From positions 167,819 through 185,223 of the forward strand of contig JBBIIG010000003.1 of assembly GCA_037446635.1 (NCBI GenBank): DNA of 17,405 bases, in the 5' to 3' direction. This DNA is from a bacterium. Lineage in GTDB: Bacteria; Zhuqueibacterota; Zhuqueibacteria; Oceanimicrobiales; Oceanimicrobiaceae. Both the position numbers and the translations under genes were made by a program. Below the pieces are notes generated by a model. It searched no databases. It was not told the origin of the DNA and was given only the letters and a program-made list of their open reading frames with translations. Position 1 is the first letter of the stretch; every line of letters starts with the position of its first letter. This document shows positions 8,170-15,755 of this stretch, one piece after another.

Positions 8170-8529
8170 CTAATTTGGTTGCAACACTTTTTTGATCGCC
8201 AAATCGAGTTGGGCGAGATCGGCGGATTTGGCCAAAAACGCATCCGCCAGCCAGGAGTTGAAATCCGATTTGTAATCGATGTGGTCCGTGTGAATGACCA
8301 CCTTCACGTCGCGGCGGGAGGCCAGCATTTTTTTCAAATAGTCGAAGCCGCGGCCATCCGGCAGCACAATGTCGGCCACAATCACATCCACGTCTTCTTC
8401 TTTGAATTTCTGCAGCGCGTGTTTTCCCGAGTCGGCGGCGATGACATTGTAGCCGGAGGATTTTAACATCTCCCGATAGCGTTTCCTCAACTCACCTTCC
8501 CCCTCGATTAACAAAATTTTTTCAGCCAT
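8170..8529 (-). CDS. Single-domain response regulator (CheY-like receiver)
   Basis: 119 aa from MAEKILLIEGE; phosphoacceptor Asp in VIVADIVLPDG, Thr in VIHT, Lys in FLAKS; AAAGGGG Shine-Dalgarno before ATG 8529. Confidence 0.9.
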   Translation of the reverse strand: MAEKILLIEGEGELRKRYREMLKSSGYNVIAADSGKHALQKFKEEDVDVIVADIVLPDGRGFDYLKKMLASRRDVKVVIHTDHIDYKSDFNSWLADAFLAKSADLAQLDLAIKKVLQPN

Positions 8530-8560
8530 CGAAATTCCCCTTTCATCAGGATTTAGGTTC

Positions 8561-8588
8561 AATATAAGCTACCGCGGGCTAACTTCAA
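8561..8588 (-). promoter_or_regulatory. Possible sigma70 promoter of the receiver gene
   Basis: Minus strand TTGAAG-N16-TATATT. Confidence 0.4.
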
Positions 8589-8642
8589 AGCGTCGTTACA
8601 ATCATTTAATCATATTCAAAAAAATTAAGCGAAAAAAGACGC

Positions 8643-8671
8643 TTGACAAATTTAAAATTAAATAATACTTT
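8643..8671 (+). promoter_or_regulatory. sigma70 promoter of the aldehyde dehydrogenase-pduL unit
   Basis: TTGACA (8643-8648)-N17-TACTTT (8666-8671) with A-rich upstream sequence. Confidence 0.7.
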
Positions 8672-8712
8672 TAGCGCAACTCATCCATCCCCCAAGTCAT
8701 GAAAGGCCTATC

Positions 8713-10302
8713 GTGAATATCGATAAAGATTTACAAGCCATCCAGGAAGTACGCGACCTGTGCACCCGCGCGAAGCAGGCGCAGCAAATCTTCAAAGAAT
8801 TTTCTCAGGAACAGGTGGATAAAATCGTCGCGGCGATGGCTGAGGCCGGATTCCGCGAGTCCGAACGGCTGGCCAAATTGGCGGTCTCGGAAACCGGCTA
8901 CGGCAACGTTCCCGATAAAATCAAAAAGAACCAGTTCTGCACCCGCGACCTGTTCGAATCCATTCGCGAGCTGCGCACCGTCGGCATCATCCGCGAAGAC
9001 CACAAACGCAAGATTCTCGAAATCGCCGAGCCCATGGGCGTGGTGGCGGCCATCATTCCCACCACCAATCCCACCTCCACGGCGATGTTCAAAACCATCA
9101 TTTCGCTGAAGGCCCGAAACGGCGTGGTGATTTCGCCGCACCCGCGCGCGGTGAAGTGCATTCAGGAGTCGGCCCACGTGCTCTGCGATGCGGCGCTGGC
9201 GGCCGGCGCGCCCGAGGGGCTGATTGGCGTGATGTCCAATCCCACTTTGCAGGCCACCAACGAGCTGATGCGCCACCGCGATGTCGATGTCATCCTAGCC
9301 ACCGGCGGCTCGGGATTGGTGAAGGCGGCGTACAGCGCCGGCAAGCCGGCCTACGGCGTCGGGCCGGGCAATGTGCCGGTGTATATCGACCGCTCCGCGG
9401 ATTACAAAAAAGCGGTGGCGGACGCGGTGGCCGGCAAGACCTTCGATTACGGCACCCTGTGTTCGTCGGAACAGGCGCTGATTGTCGATGCGCCGATCAA
9501 AAGTCGCGTCATCGAGTTGCTAAAAAGTCTGGGCGCGTATTTTTTGAATGCGGACGAAATTCGCAAATTAGGCGCGGTGCTGGTGACGCCGGATTTTCGC
9601 GTCAATCCCGATTTGGTGGGACAAGCGCCGCAGAAGTTGGCGCAGGCGGCGGGGTTCTCGGTTTCTGCGGACGTCAAGTTGCTAATCGCCGAGTTGGACG
9701 GCGTGGGCAGAGCTTATCCGCTTTCCGCCGAAAAGCTCTCCCCCACGATGGTTTTTTATGTGGTAAATGGTTATGAAGAAGGCATCCGCCGCAGCATCGA
9801 GATTTTGAATTTTGGCGGCCGCGGCCATTCGGCGGTGATTCATGCCAAAAACGACGACGTCATCCGTCAGTTCGGTTTGAGCGTGCCGGCGTTCCGCGTG
9901 GTAGTGAATTCGCCCGCCTCTCTCGGAGCGGTGGGCTACACCAACGGATTGATGCCATCCATGACGCTCGGCTGCGGCACCTACGGCGGCAACATCACTT
10001 CCGATAACATCACCGCCCACCATTTGATGAATATCAAACGGGTGGCGTATGAAACCAAACCGCTGTCACAGCCGCGCAATGGCACGACCTGGCGGCCATC
10101 GGTTTACCACGATTGGCAGCACCGCGAAGCGCCGTACACCAAAGCGCTGTCGCCCGATGTCTCGCGCAAAGGATCCGCCGCGCCGGCCGTTTCCGTGGCA
10201 CCCACAGTGACGGCAAAACCAACCGGCAAATTCGGAGCAAGCGGCATGTCAGAAAAAGATGTCGAAGCGGTAGTAGAGGCGTTTGTGAAAGGCAGGCGAT
10301 GA
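8713..10302 (+). CDS. CoA-acylating aldehyde dehydrogenase, EutE/PduP-like, BMC-associated type
   Basis: 529 aa; DKDLQAIQEVR N-terminus, IIPTTNPTST, ILATGG, GVGPGNVP, catalytic Cys in GTLCSSEQ, EKLSP, SMTLGCG; C-terminal linker plus amphipathic helix. Confidence 0.93.
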   Translation: MNIDKDLQAIQEVRDLCTRAKQAQQIFKEFSQEQVDKIVAAMAEAGFRESERLAKLAVSETGYGNVPDKIKKNQFCTRDLFESIRELRTVGIIREDHKRKILEIAEPMGVVAAIIPTTNPTSTAMFKTIISLKARNGVVISPHPRAVKCIQESAHVLCDAALAAGAPEGLIGVMSNPTLQATNELMRHRDVDVILATGGSGLVKAAYSAGKPAYGVGPGNVPVYIDRSADYKKAVADAVAGKTFDYGTLCSSEQALIVDAPIKSRVIELLKSLGAYFLNADEIRKLGAVLVTPDFRVNPDLVGQAPQKLAQAAGFSVSADVKLLIAELDGVGRAYPLSAEKLSPTMVFYVVNGYEEGIRRSIEILNFGGRGHSAVIHAKNDDVIRQFGLSVPAFRVVVNSPASLGAVGYTNGLMPSMTLGCGTYGGNITSDNITAHHLMNIKRVAYETKPLSQPRNGTTWRPSVYHDWQHREAPYTKALSPDVSRKGSAAPAVSVAPTVTAKPTGKFGASGMSEKDVEAVVEAFVKGRR

Positions 10303-10307
10303 AAGCC

Positions 10308-10413
10308 AGCGGAGTATTGGAGTGATGGATCGTAACGCAAACCTCTGGTTTGCGGATCAAAGCAGAGCTTTGATTTACAGTACTCCATTGATCCAATACT
10401 CCATCACTCCGCT
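10308..10413. repeat. T-shaped palindromic element with octamer-repeat arms
   Basis: Left arm GGAGTATT GGAGTGAT GGATCGTA; right arm AGTACTCC ATTGATCC AATACTCC ATCACTCC; two internal perfect 8-bp hairpins. Confidence 0.85.
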
Positions 10414-10455
10414 CGATTAAAAGCACCTATGATCCCGACAATAAGGACTTGATTA

Positions 10456-11241
10456 TTGAGATCTCCCCAACAAATACCGGTGGGCGTCTCCAACCGCCAC
10501 TTTCATATCTCGCAACATGATCTTGAAATCCTTTTCGGTCTGGGGGCACAATTAACAAAATTGCGCGACATCAGCCAGCGCGGGCAATTTGCCGCCCAGC
10601 AAACATTGGACGTTGTCGGACCAAAAGGCAAAATTCCCAGCATCCGTGTTGTCGGGCCAACACGCGGACTAACGCAACTGGAAATCTCCCGCTCTGACGC
10701 CGTCCGCCTCGGCATCGATCCACCGGTGCGCTACTCCGGCGATCTCGCGGGTTCAGCGGGAGTAAAATTGATTGGCCCCGCCGGCGAACTTCAACTCAGA
10801 GAAGGCGTGATCATTCCCCAGCGCCACATTCACATGAGCCCCGCCGACGCCCGGCGTTTCGGCGTGCGCGACCGCGAGCGCGTGTTTGTGGCGCCGGTGG
10901 TGAAAGATGCCATCGATCCTGGCAACGAGCCGCGCCACGTCATTTTCGCCAACGTGCTCATTCGCGTGGATGACAGCTTCGTGCTGGATTTTCATATCGA
11001 CACCGACGAGGCCAACGCCTCCGGCCTCAAAACCGGCGATCACGTTTACATCGTTCGCAAAGACGCCCATAGCCAACCGCTGCGAAATCGCCGCCTCATC
11101 ACCGAAAACGACGTCCGCAAAGCCATCATGGAGCATCGCAAAATCGTGGTGCCGCCGGGCGCCATCGTCACGCCGGCGGCGCAGGAGTTGGCCAAAGCGC
11201 ACGGGATTTTTGAAACGTTAGATGTGAGACGTGAGACGTGA
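10456..11241 (+). CDS. pduL: Phosphotransacylase PduL (phosphate propanoyltransferase family) with extra C-terminal domain
   Basis: IPVGVSNRHFH, ISQRGQFAA, VVGPTR..TQLEIS.SD, PPVRYSGDL.GS, QRHIHM, FHIDTDEANA; TTG start behind AAGGA. Confidence 0.93.
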   Translation: MRSPQQIPVGVSNRHFHISQHDLEILFGLGAQLTKLRDISQRGQFAAQQTLDVVGPKGKIPSIRVVGPTRGLTQLEISRSDAVRLGIDPPVRYSGDLAGSAGVKLIGPAGELQLREGVIIPQRHIHMSPADARRFGVRDRERVFVAPVVKDAIDPGNEPRHVIFANVLIRVDDSFVLDFHIDTDEANASGLKTGDHVYIVRKDAHSQPLRNRRLITENDVRKAIMEHRKIVVPPGAIVTPAAQELAKAHGIFETLDVRRET

Positions 11242-11354
11242 GACGAACACGGCAAAACGAAAACAGTAAACGCGTAACCGAAAAACGGAGTCAACATCCG
11301 TTACGTTTGCCTTCTGCTATTTGTCGTTTCACGTTTCACGTCTGACGTCTCACG
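11211..11354. repeat. Long inverted repeat with heptamer tandem arms (TGAGACG)n ... (CGTCTCA)n
   Basis: TGAAACG TTAGATG TGAGACG TGAGACG TGAGACG (11211-11245) and CGTTTCA CGTTTCA CGTCTGA CGTCTCA (11325-11352). Confidence 0.85.
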
Positions 11355-11369
11355 TAATCGAAAAACAAA

Positions 11370-12153
11370 TTGAAACCTCGAACACCGTTCAAAATATTGA
11401 TCTCCGGCGTCTTTCCCCGTCATCGCGTTAAAATCAATTGGAATGACGAGGAACGCGTTCTTCCGGCGAGCCTGCAAATGAAAATCGATGACTTCTGGCA
11501 AACGGAATCGGCCGGCAAACCGCATCTGTTCAATGGCGAGTTGTGCCGGCTGAACTATTGGGAAATAAAAGACAACCATTTGATTTTAGATTTGCGCCGC
11601 ACCGATTATAAAGAGCAGTGGTACTCCAACGCCTTTGGGGGTGAAATCAAAAAAACAATTGGGGGATGAATGCCTCGCACGGGCGCTCGGCGTCAGTGCA
11701 GTCGTCGTCAGCAGCGACCAGCAAATCGTTTTGTTGAAACGCAGCGCGCTGGTCGGCGAAGACCCGGGTAAAATCGATGTCTGGGGCGGACACATTCACC
11801 CCGAAGAACACGCCATCAACGGCGTTCCCGATCCCTTCTGCGCCATCGCCAGCGAAATTTTGGAGGAAGCGAACGTTTCGCTGGGCGACGATGAATTGTT
11901 AACCTGCCTCGGGCTCATCGAAACCACCACCACTCTCAAGCCGGAAATGATCTTTTGGGTTCAACTTCAAAAGACGGCAAAAGAGCTTTTCAAGCTGGCG
12001 CGCGCGAAAACATCTGGGGAATGGTCGGCGTTGATGTCCATCCCCAATCAAACCGCAGCGCTCGAAAAATTTTTAGATGAATACGGCGATCAAATCAGCC
12101 CCTCGGCTTACGGCGCGTTGTCGCTGCACGAGCAATTGATTATTGATTATTGA
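11370..12153 (+). pseudogene. NUDT22-like Nudix hydrolase split by a frameshift (about 260 aa if joined)
   Basis: ORF 11370-11669 (HLFNG..CRL, LDLRRTDYKE) and ORF ending at 12153 (ALGVSAVVVSSD, LLKRS..VGEDPGKIDVWGGH) join if one A is removed from the A7 run at 11649-11655. Confidence 0.75.
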
Positions 12154-12206
12154 TTATTGTCTAATGAGCTTTTTGCATTCTAAAATCTGCATTTTTCATT
12201 TTGCTT
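12135..12206 (+). repeat. Heptamer tandem repeats at the Nudix/dacB junction
   Basis: ATTGATT x3 plus ATTGTCT (12135-12162); TTTGCAT TCTAAAA TCTGCAT TTTTCAT TTTGCTT (12172-12206). Confidence 0.65.
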
Positions 12207-13654
12207 TCATTCTCATCGTCACCTCCTGCGCCGCCCCAAGAAAATTAGATCGGGCGGTTTCCGCGATTGAAAATCTTACCGAGCTTCGGAAAAACATCGA
12301 CGCCATCCTGCAGGATTCGTCGCTCTCGCAAACGCGCACCGGCATCAAAATTGTCTCGCTGCAAACCGGCGAAACCTGGTACGCCCGCGACAGCCACCTC
12401 TTGTTCCATCCGGCTTCGAACATGAAGTTGCTAACCACCGCTGCTGCGCTTCATTTCTTGGGACCCAATTTTCAATACCAAACCGAAGTGCGAACCGACG
12501 CCGCTGCACTGGGCGACAGCACCATCCACGGCAATATTTATCTCAAAGGCTACGGGGATCCCAGTCTCAGCAGTCAGGATTTGTGGGGGATAATTTTGAA
12601 GTTGAAAGAATTGGGAGTGAGGCGCATCCGCGGCGATTTGATTTGCGATGAAACCTACTTCGATGATCTCTACTTCGGCGCCGGCTGGATGATCGACGAC
12701 GTCTCCTCGTGGTACTGGCCGCCCATCAGCGCGCTGACCGTGAATCGCAATTGCGTGACCGTGACGGCTGCGCCGGGCGTCAACACCGGCGACCCGCTGC
12801 TGGTGAAAATGCAACCCGCCACTTCATACATGAAAATCGAAAATTTTGGCGCGACGGTCGATTCGACCGATTCATTACAAATCAAAAAATTCAAAGTGGA
12901 ACGCAAGTGGCGGCAGCAGGAAAACACAATTGTGATCGATGGTGGAATGGCGCGGCGTTCCGAACCCGAAGAAGTTGATATCGAAGTGGTGGAGCCAGCG
13001 CTCTTCGCGGGAACGCTGCTTTCAGAAATACTGCGGTCAGAAAAAATTTTGTTCGACGGAAAAATTTTAAAAGGCGCGCTTCCCGACACCACCACGCTGC
13101 TGGCGGCGCACACCTCCCCGCCGCTTTCCCAGCTCATTCAGCACACTAACAAAATCAGCGACAACCTTTACGCAGAGCTGCTTTTGAAAACTCTGGGCGC
13201 CCAAAAGCACGGCGCGCCCGGCACCGCGGAGAAAGGCCTTTTCGCCCTCCACCAGTTTTTTTCGGAGATGGGAATCGATACCACGGCGTTTTCTCTCGCC
13301 GATGGCTCCGGGGTGTCGCGCTACAACTTGATCACGCCGGACCAAATCATTGCGTTACTCAAAAGCATGTATCGCGATTTTCGGGTGCAGGCGGAATTCC
13401 TGGCGTCGCTGCCCATTGCCGGGGTGGACGGCACCCTCGCCCGCCGCATGAAAGGAACCGCCGCCGAAGGCAAGCTGCGCGCCAAAACCGGCAGCCTCCG
13501 CGGCGTCAGCGCCCTCGCCGGTTACACCACCACCGGCGCCGGAGAGCCGCTGGCGTTTTCGATCATCATGGAACATTTTGTGGTACCCACCGAAAGAATC
13601 CGCAAGGTACAAGATCGGATTGGGGCAGCGATTTCGGAGTTTCGGAGTAGGTAA
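12164..13654 (+). CDS. dacB: D-alanyl-D-alanine carboxypeptidase/endopeptidase (PBP4, peptidase S13), probable lipoprotein
   Basis: PASNMK (SxxK), GYGDP, SDN (SxN), DGSGVSRYN, SLPIAGVDGTL, AKTG; lipobox-like VTSC. Start set at ATG 12164. Confidence 0.95.
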   Translation: MSFLHSKICIFHFAFILIVTSCAAPRKLDRAVSAIENLTELRKNIDAILQDSSLSQTRTGIKIVSLQTGETWYARDSHLLFHPASNMKLLTTAAALHFLGPNFQYQTEVRTDAAALGDSTIHGNIYLKGYGDPSLSSQDLWGIILKLKELGVRRIRGDLICDETYFDDLYFGAGWMIDDVSSWYWPPISALTVNRNCVTVTAAPGVNTGDPLLVKMQPATSYMKIENFGATVDSTDSLQIKKFKVERKWRQQENTIVIDGGMARRSEPEEVDIEVVEPALFAGTLLSEILRSEKILFDGKILKGALPDTTTLLAAHTSPPLSQLIQHTNKISDNLYAELLLKTLGAQKHGAPGTAEKGLFALHQFFSEMGIDTTAFSLADGSGVSRYNLITPDQIIALLKSMYRDFRVQAEFLASLPIAGVDGTLARRMKGTAAEGKLRAKTGSLRGVSALAGYTTTGAGEPLAFSIIMEHFVVPTERIRKVQDRIGAAISEFRSR

Positions 13655-13685
13655 TATCAATAGCAAATCTGAGCAGTTCAGTCAA

Positions 13686-13764
13686 CTCGTTCCCATGTTC
13701 TGCGTGGGAACGTCTGCGTGAAGGCAACTCTCTTTGCGCTTCCACGCCGGAGCGTGGGAGCGAG
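13686..13764. repeat. REP doublet (REPIN-like): two inverted CGTTCCCAC-type hairpins
   Basis: CTCGTTCCCATGTTCTGCGTGGGAACG ... GCGCTTCCACGCCGGAGCGTGGGAGCGAG; each unit is a hairpin and the two are inverted relative to each other. Confidence 0.75.
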
Positions 13765-13943
13765 AACAACCCAAACCGGTAAAATTCTCAAAAGTTCTAT
13801 TCGCTAGATCATCTGTCAAAAATCAAAAGACGGGGTTGCCTTTGACGAATTTTAGACTTACTTTAACTGCATCAAAGTTCTGCCCGATGACCAAATGATG
13901 GCATCGGATAAGTTTATATATTTAAAATAAATTAATCTAACTC

Positions 13944-15680
13944 ATGAACCCCCCAATCCGCATCGCCCTCGCCCAAATCAACCCCACCGTGGGAGATTTG
14001 GAGGGCAACACCAAAAAAATCATCCAATATATTCAAAAGGCCGAAACCGCCGGCGCCGATATCGTGCTGTTTCCGGAGTTGGCCATCACCGGCTACCCGC
14101 CGGAAGACCTGCTGCTCAAACCCAAGTTCATCACCGACAATCTTGCCTGCCGCGATGAAATCGCCAAACACTGCCAGAACCTCATCGCGGTGGTGGGATT
14201 TGTGGACAACCAAGAATACATTTACAATGCCGCGGCGGTGCTGCAGGGCGGAAAAACGGCGGCGGTCTATCACAAGATCTGTTTGCCCAACTACAGCGTG
14301 TTCGACGAGAAGCGTTACTTTCAGGCCGGCGTGCGGCCGCTGGTGTTCGAGTGGAGGGGCGTCAAATTCGGGCTAAGCATCTGCGAAGACATGTGGATTC
14401 CCGACGGCGTCATCGAGACGCAGGGATTTCGCGGCGGCGCAGAAGTGATGCTGAACATCTCGGCTTCGCCCTATATTATGGAAAAACGGAAGGAGCGCAT
14501 TTCCATTGGCGTGACCCGCGCCCGCATGACGCGCAGCATTTTCGTTTACCTCAATTTGATTGGCGGGCAGGACGAATTGGTGTTCGACGGCGACAGCTTT
14601 ATTGTCGATCACCGCGGCGAGCTCATCGCCAACACCCATCCGTTTGTTGAGGATTTTATCGCCGCCGATTTGGACGTCAGCGCGCTGCGAAAATTCCGGG
14701 AAGACGACCCGTCGTTTTATCTCTTCAAAAAGGAATTTCAATCTCCTTACGAGGTGGATTTCATCGCGCTGGAAAGCTCGAAACGAATTTCAGAAAAGCC
14801 TTCTATCAAACATCAGCAGGTAGAACCGCTGGAACCCCTCGATGAAATTTATCAGGCGCTGACGCTGGGGACGAAAGATTACGTCACCAAAAACGGTTTT
14901 CAAAAAGTAGTGATTGGACTCAGCGGCGGCATCGACTCCGCGCTCACCGCCGCCATCGCCGTGGATGCGCTGGGAGCAGACAACGTCATCGGCGTGCTCA
15001 TGCCCAGCGAATTTACCTCGCAGCAAAGCATTCGCGACGCCGAAGAGCTGGCGCGCAACTTAGGAATTGAAACTCAAACCGTTCCAATTCAGAAAATTTT
15101 TAAGGCCTACCGCGAAACGCTCAAAGAAGTTTTTCAAGACCGCCCGGTGGATGTCACCGAAGAAAATTTACAGGCGCGCATCCGCGGCAACATCCTGATG
15201 GCGCTCTCCAATAAATTCGGCTGGCTGGTGCTCACCACCGGCAACAAAAGCGAAATGAGCGTGGGATACAGCACCCTTTACGGGGACATGGCCGGCGGCT
15301 TCGCGGTAATCAAAGACGTGCCGAAAACGCTGGTTTATAAATTAAGCGAACACAAAAATCGCCGCGCCGGCAAAGAGATCATTCCGGTGGCCACCATCCA
15401 ACGGCCGCCCACTGCCGAGCTGCGCCCCGGTCAAACCGACCAGGATACGCTGCCGCCCTACGATCTGTTAGATGATATTCTCGAAGAGTTTGTGGAGCGC
15501 GACAAAAGCGTGAAAGAAATTATCGAGCAGGGGTATCCGCGCGAAGTGGTGAAGCAAGTGGCGCGGCTGGTGGACATCAACGAGTACAAACGCCGGCAGG
15601 CGCCGCCCGGCATCAAGATCACTCACAAGGCGTTTGGAAAAGATCGGCGCATGCCCATCACCAATCGCTTTCACACCTGA
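13944..15680 (+). CDS. nadE: Glutamine-dependent NAD+ synthetase
   Basis: 578 aa; nitrilase-fold glutaminase (FPEL, HKICLPNY, ICED) fused to synthetase domain (GLSGGIDS, ENLQARIR, TTGNKSE, EYKRRQAPPG). Confidence 0.98.
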   Translation: MNPPIRIALAQINPTVGDLEGNTKKIIQYIQKAETAGADIVLFPELAITGYPPEDLLLKPKFITDNLACRDEIAKHCQNLIAVVGFVDNQEYIYNAAAVLQGGKTAAVYHKICLPNYSVFDEKRYFQAGVRPLVFEWRGVKFGLSICEDMWIPDGVIETQGFRGGAEVMLNISASPYIMEKRKERISIGVTRARMTRSIFVYLNLIGGQDELVFDGDSFIVDHRGELIANTHPFVEDFIAADLDVSALRKFREDDPSFYLFKKEFQSPYEVDFIALESSKRISEKPSIKHQQVEPLEPLDEIYQALTLGTKDYVTKNGFQKVVIGLSGGIDSALTAAIAVDALGADNVIGVLMPSEFTSQQSIRDAEELARNLGIETQTVPIQKIFKAYRETLKEVFQDRPVDVTEENLQARIRGNILMALSNKFGWLVLTTGNKSEMSVGYSTLYGDMAGGFAVIKDVPKTLVYKLSEHKNRRAGKEIIPVATIQRPPTAELRPGQTDQDTLPPYDLLDDILEEFVERDKSVKEIIEQGYPREVVKQVARLVDINEYKRRQAPPGIKITHKAFGKDRRMPITNRFHT

Positions 15681-15711
15681 TCCGGAATCAGCGAACGTTT
15701 GATCACCGAGA

Positions 15712-15751
15712 GGAGAATTGGAGTACTGGATTGATGGATCAATGGATCAAT
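15712..15751 (+). repeat. Octamer tandem repeat, same unit family as the arms at 10308-10413
   Basis: GGAGAATT GGAGTACT GGATTGAT GGATCAAT GGATCAAT. Confidence 0.8.
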
Positions 15752-15755
15752 GATT

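Noticed and set aside
8713..10302. Bifunctional AdhE
   Set aside because: Only 529 aa with no iron-alcohol dehydrogenase domain; the C-terminus is a linker plus a short helix.
11645..11670. Programmed -1 ribosomal frameshift at the A-rich site
   Set aside because: Joining the two halves needs a +1 shift, and the A_AAA_AAC heptamer is not in the required phase of the upstream frame.
13800..13943. Riboswitch or NrtR site upstream of nadE
   Set aside because: Only a bulged hairpin (CCGATG...CATCGG) and a weak GTCAAA/TTTGAC inverted pair are visible; no recognisable consensus. An Rfam search would settle it.
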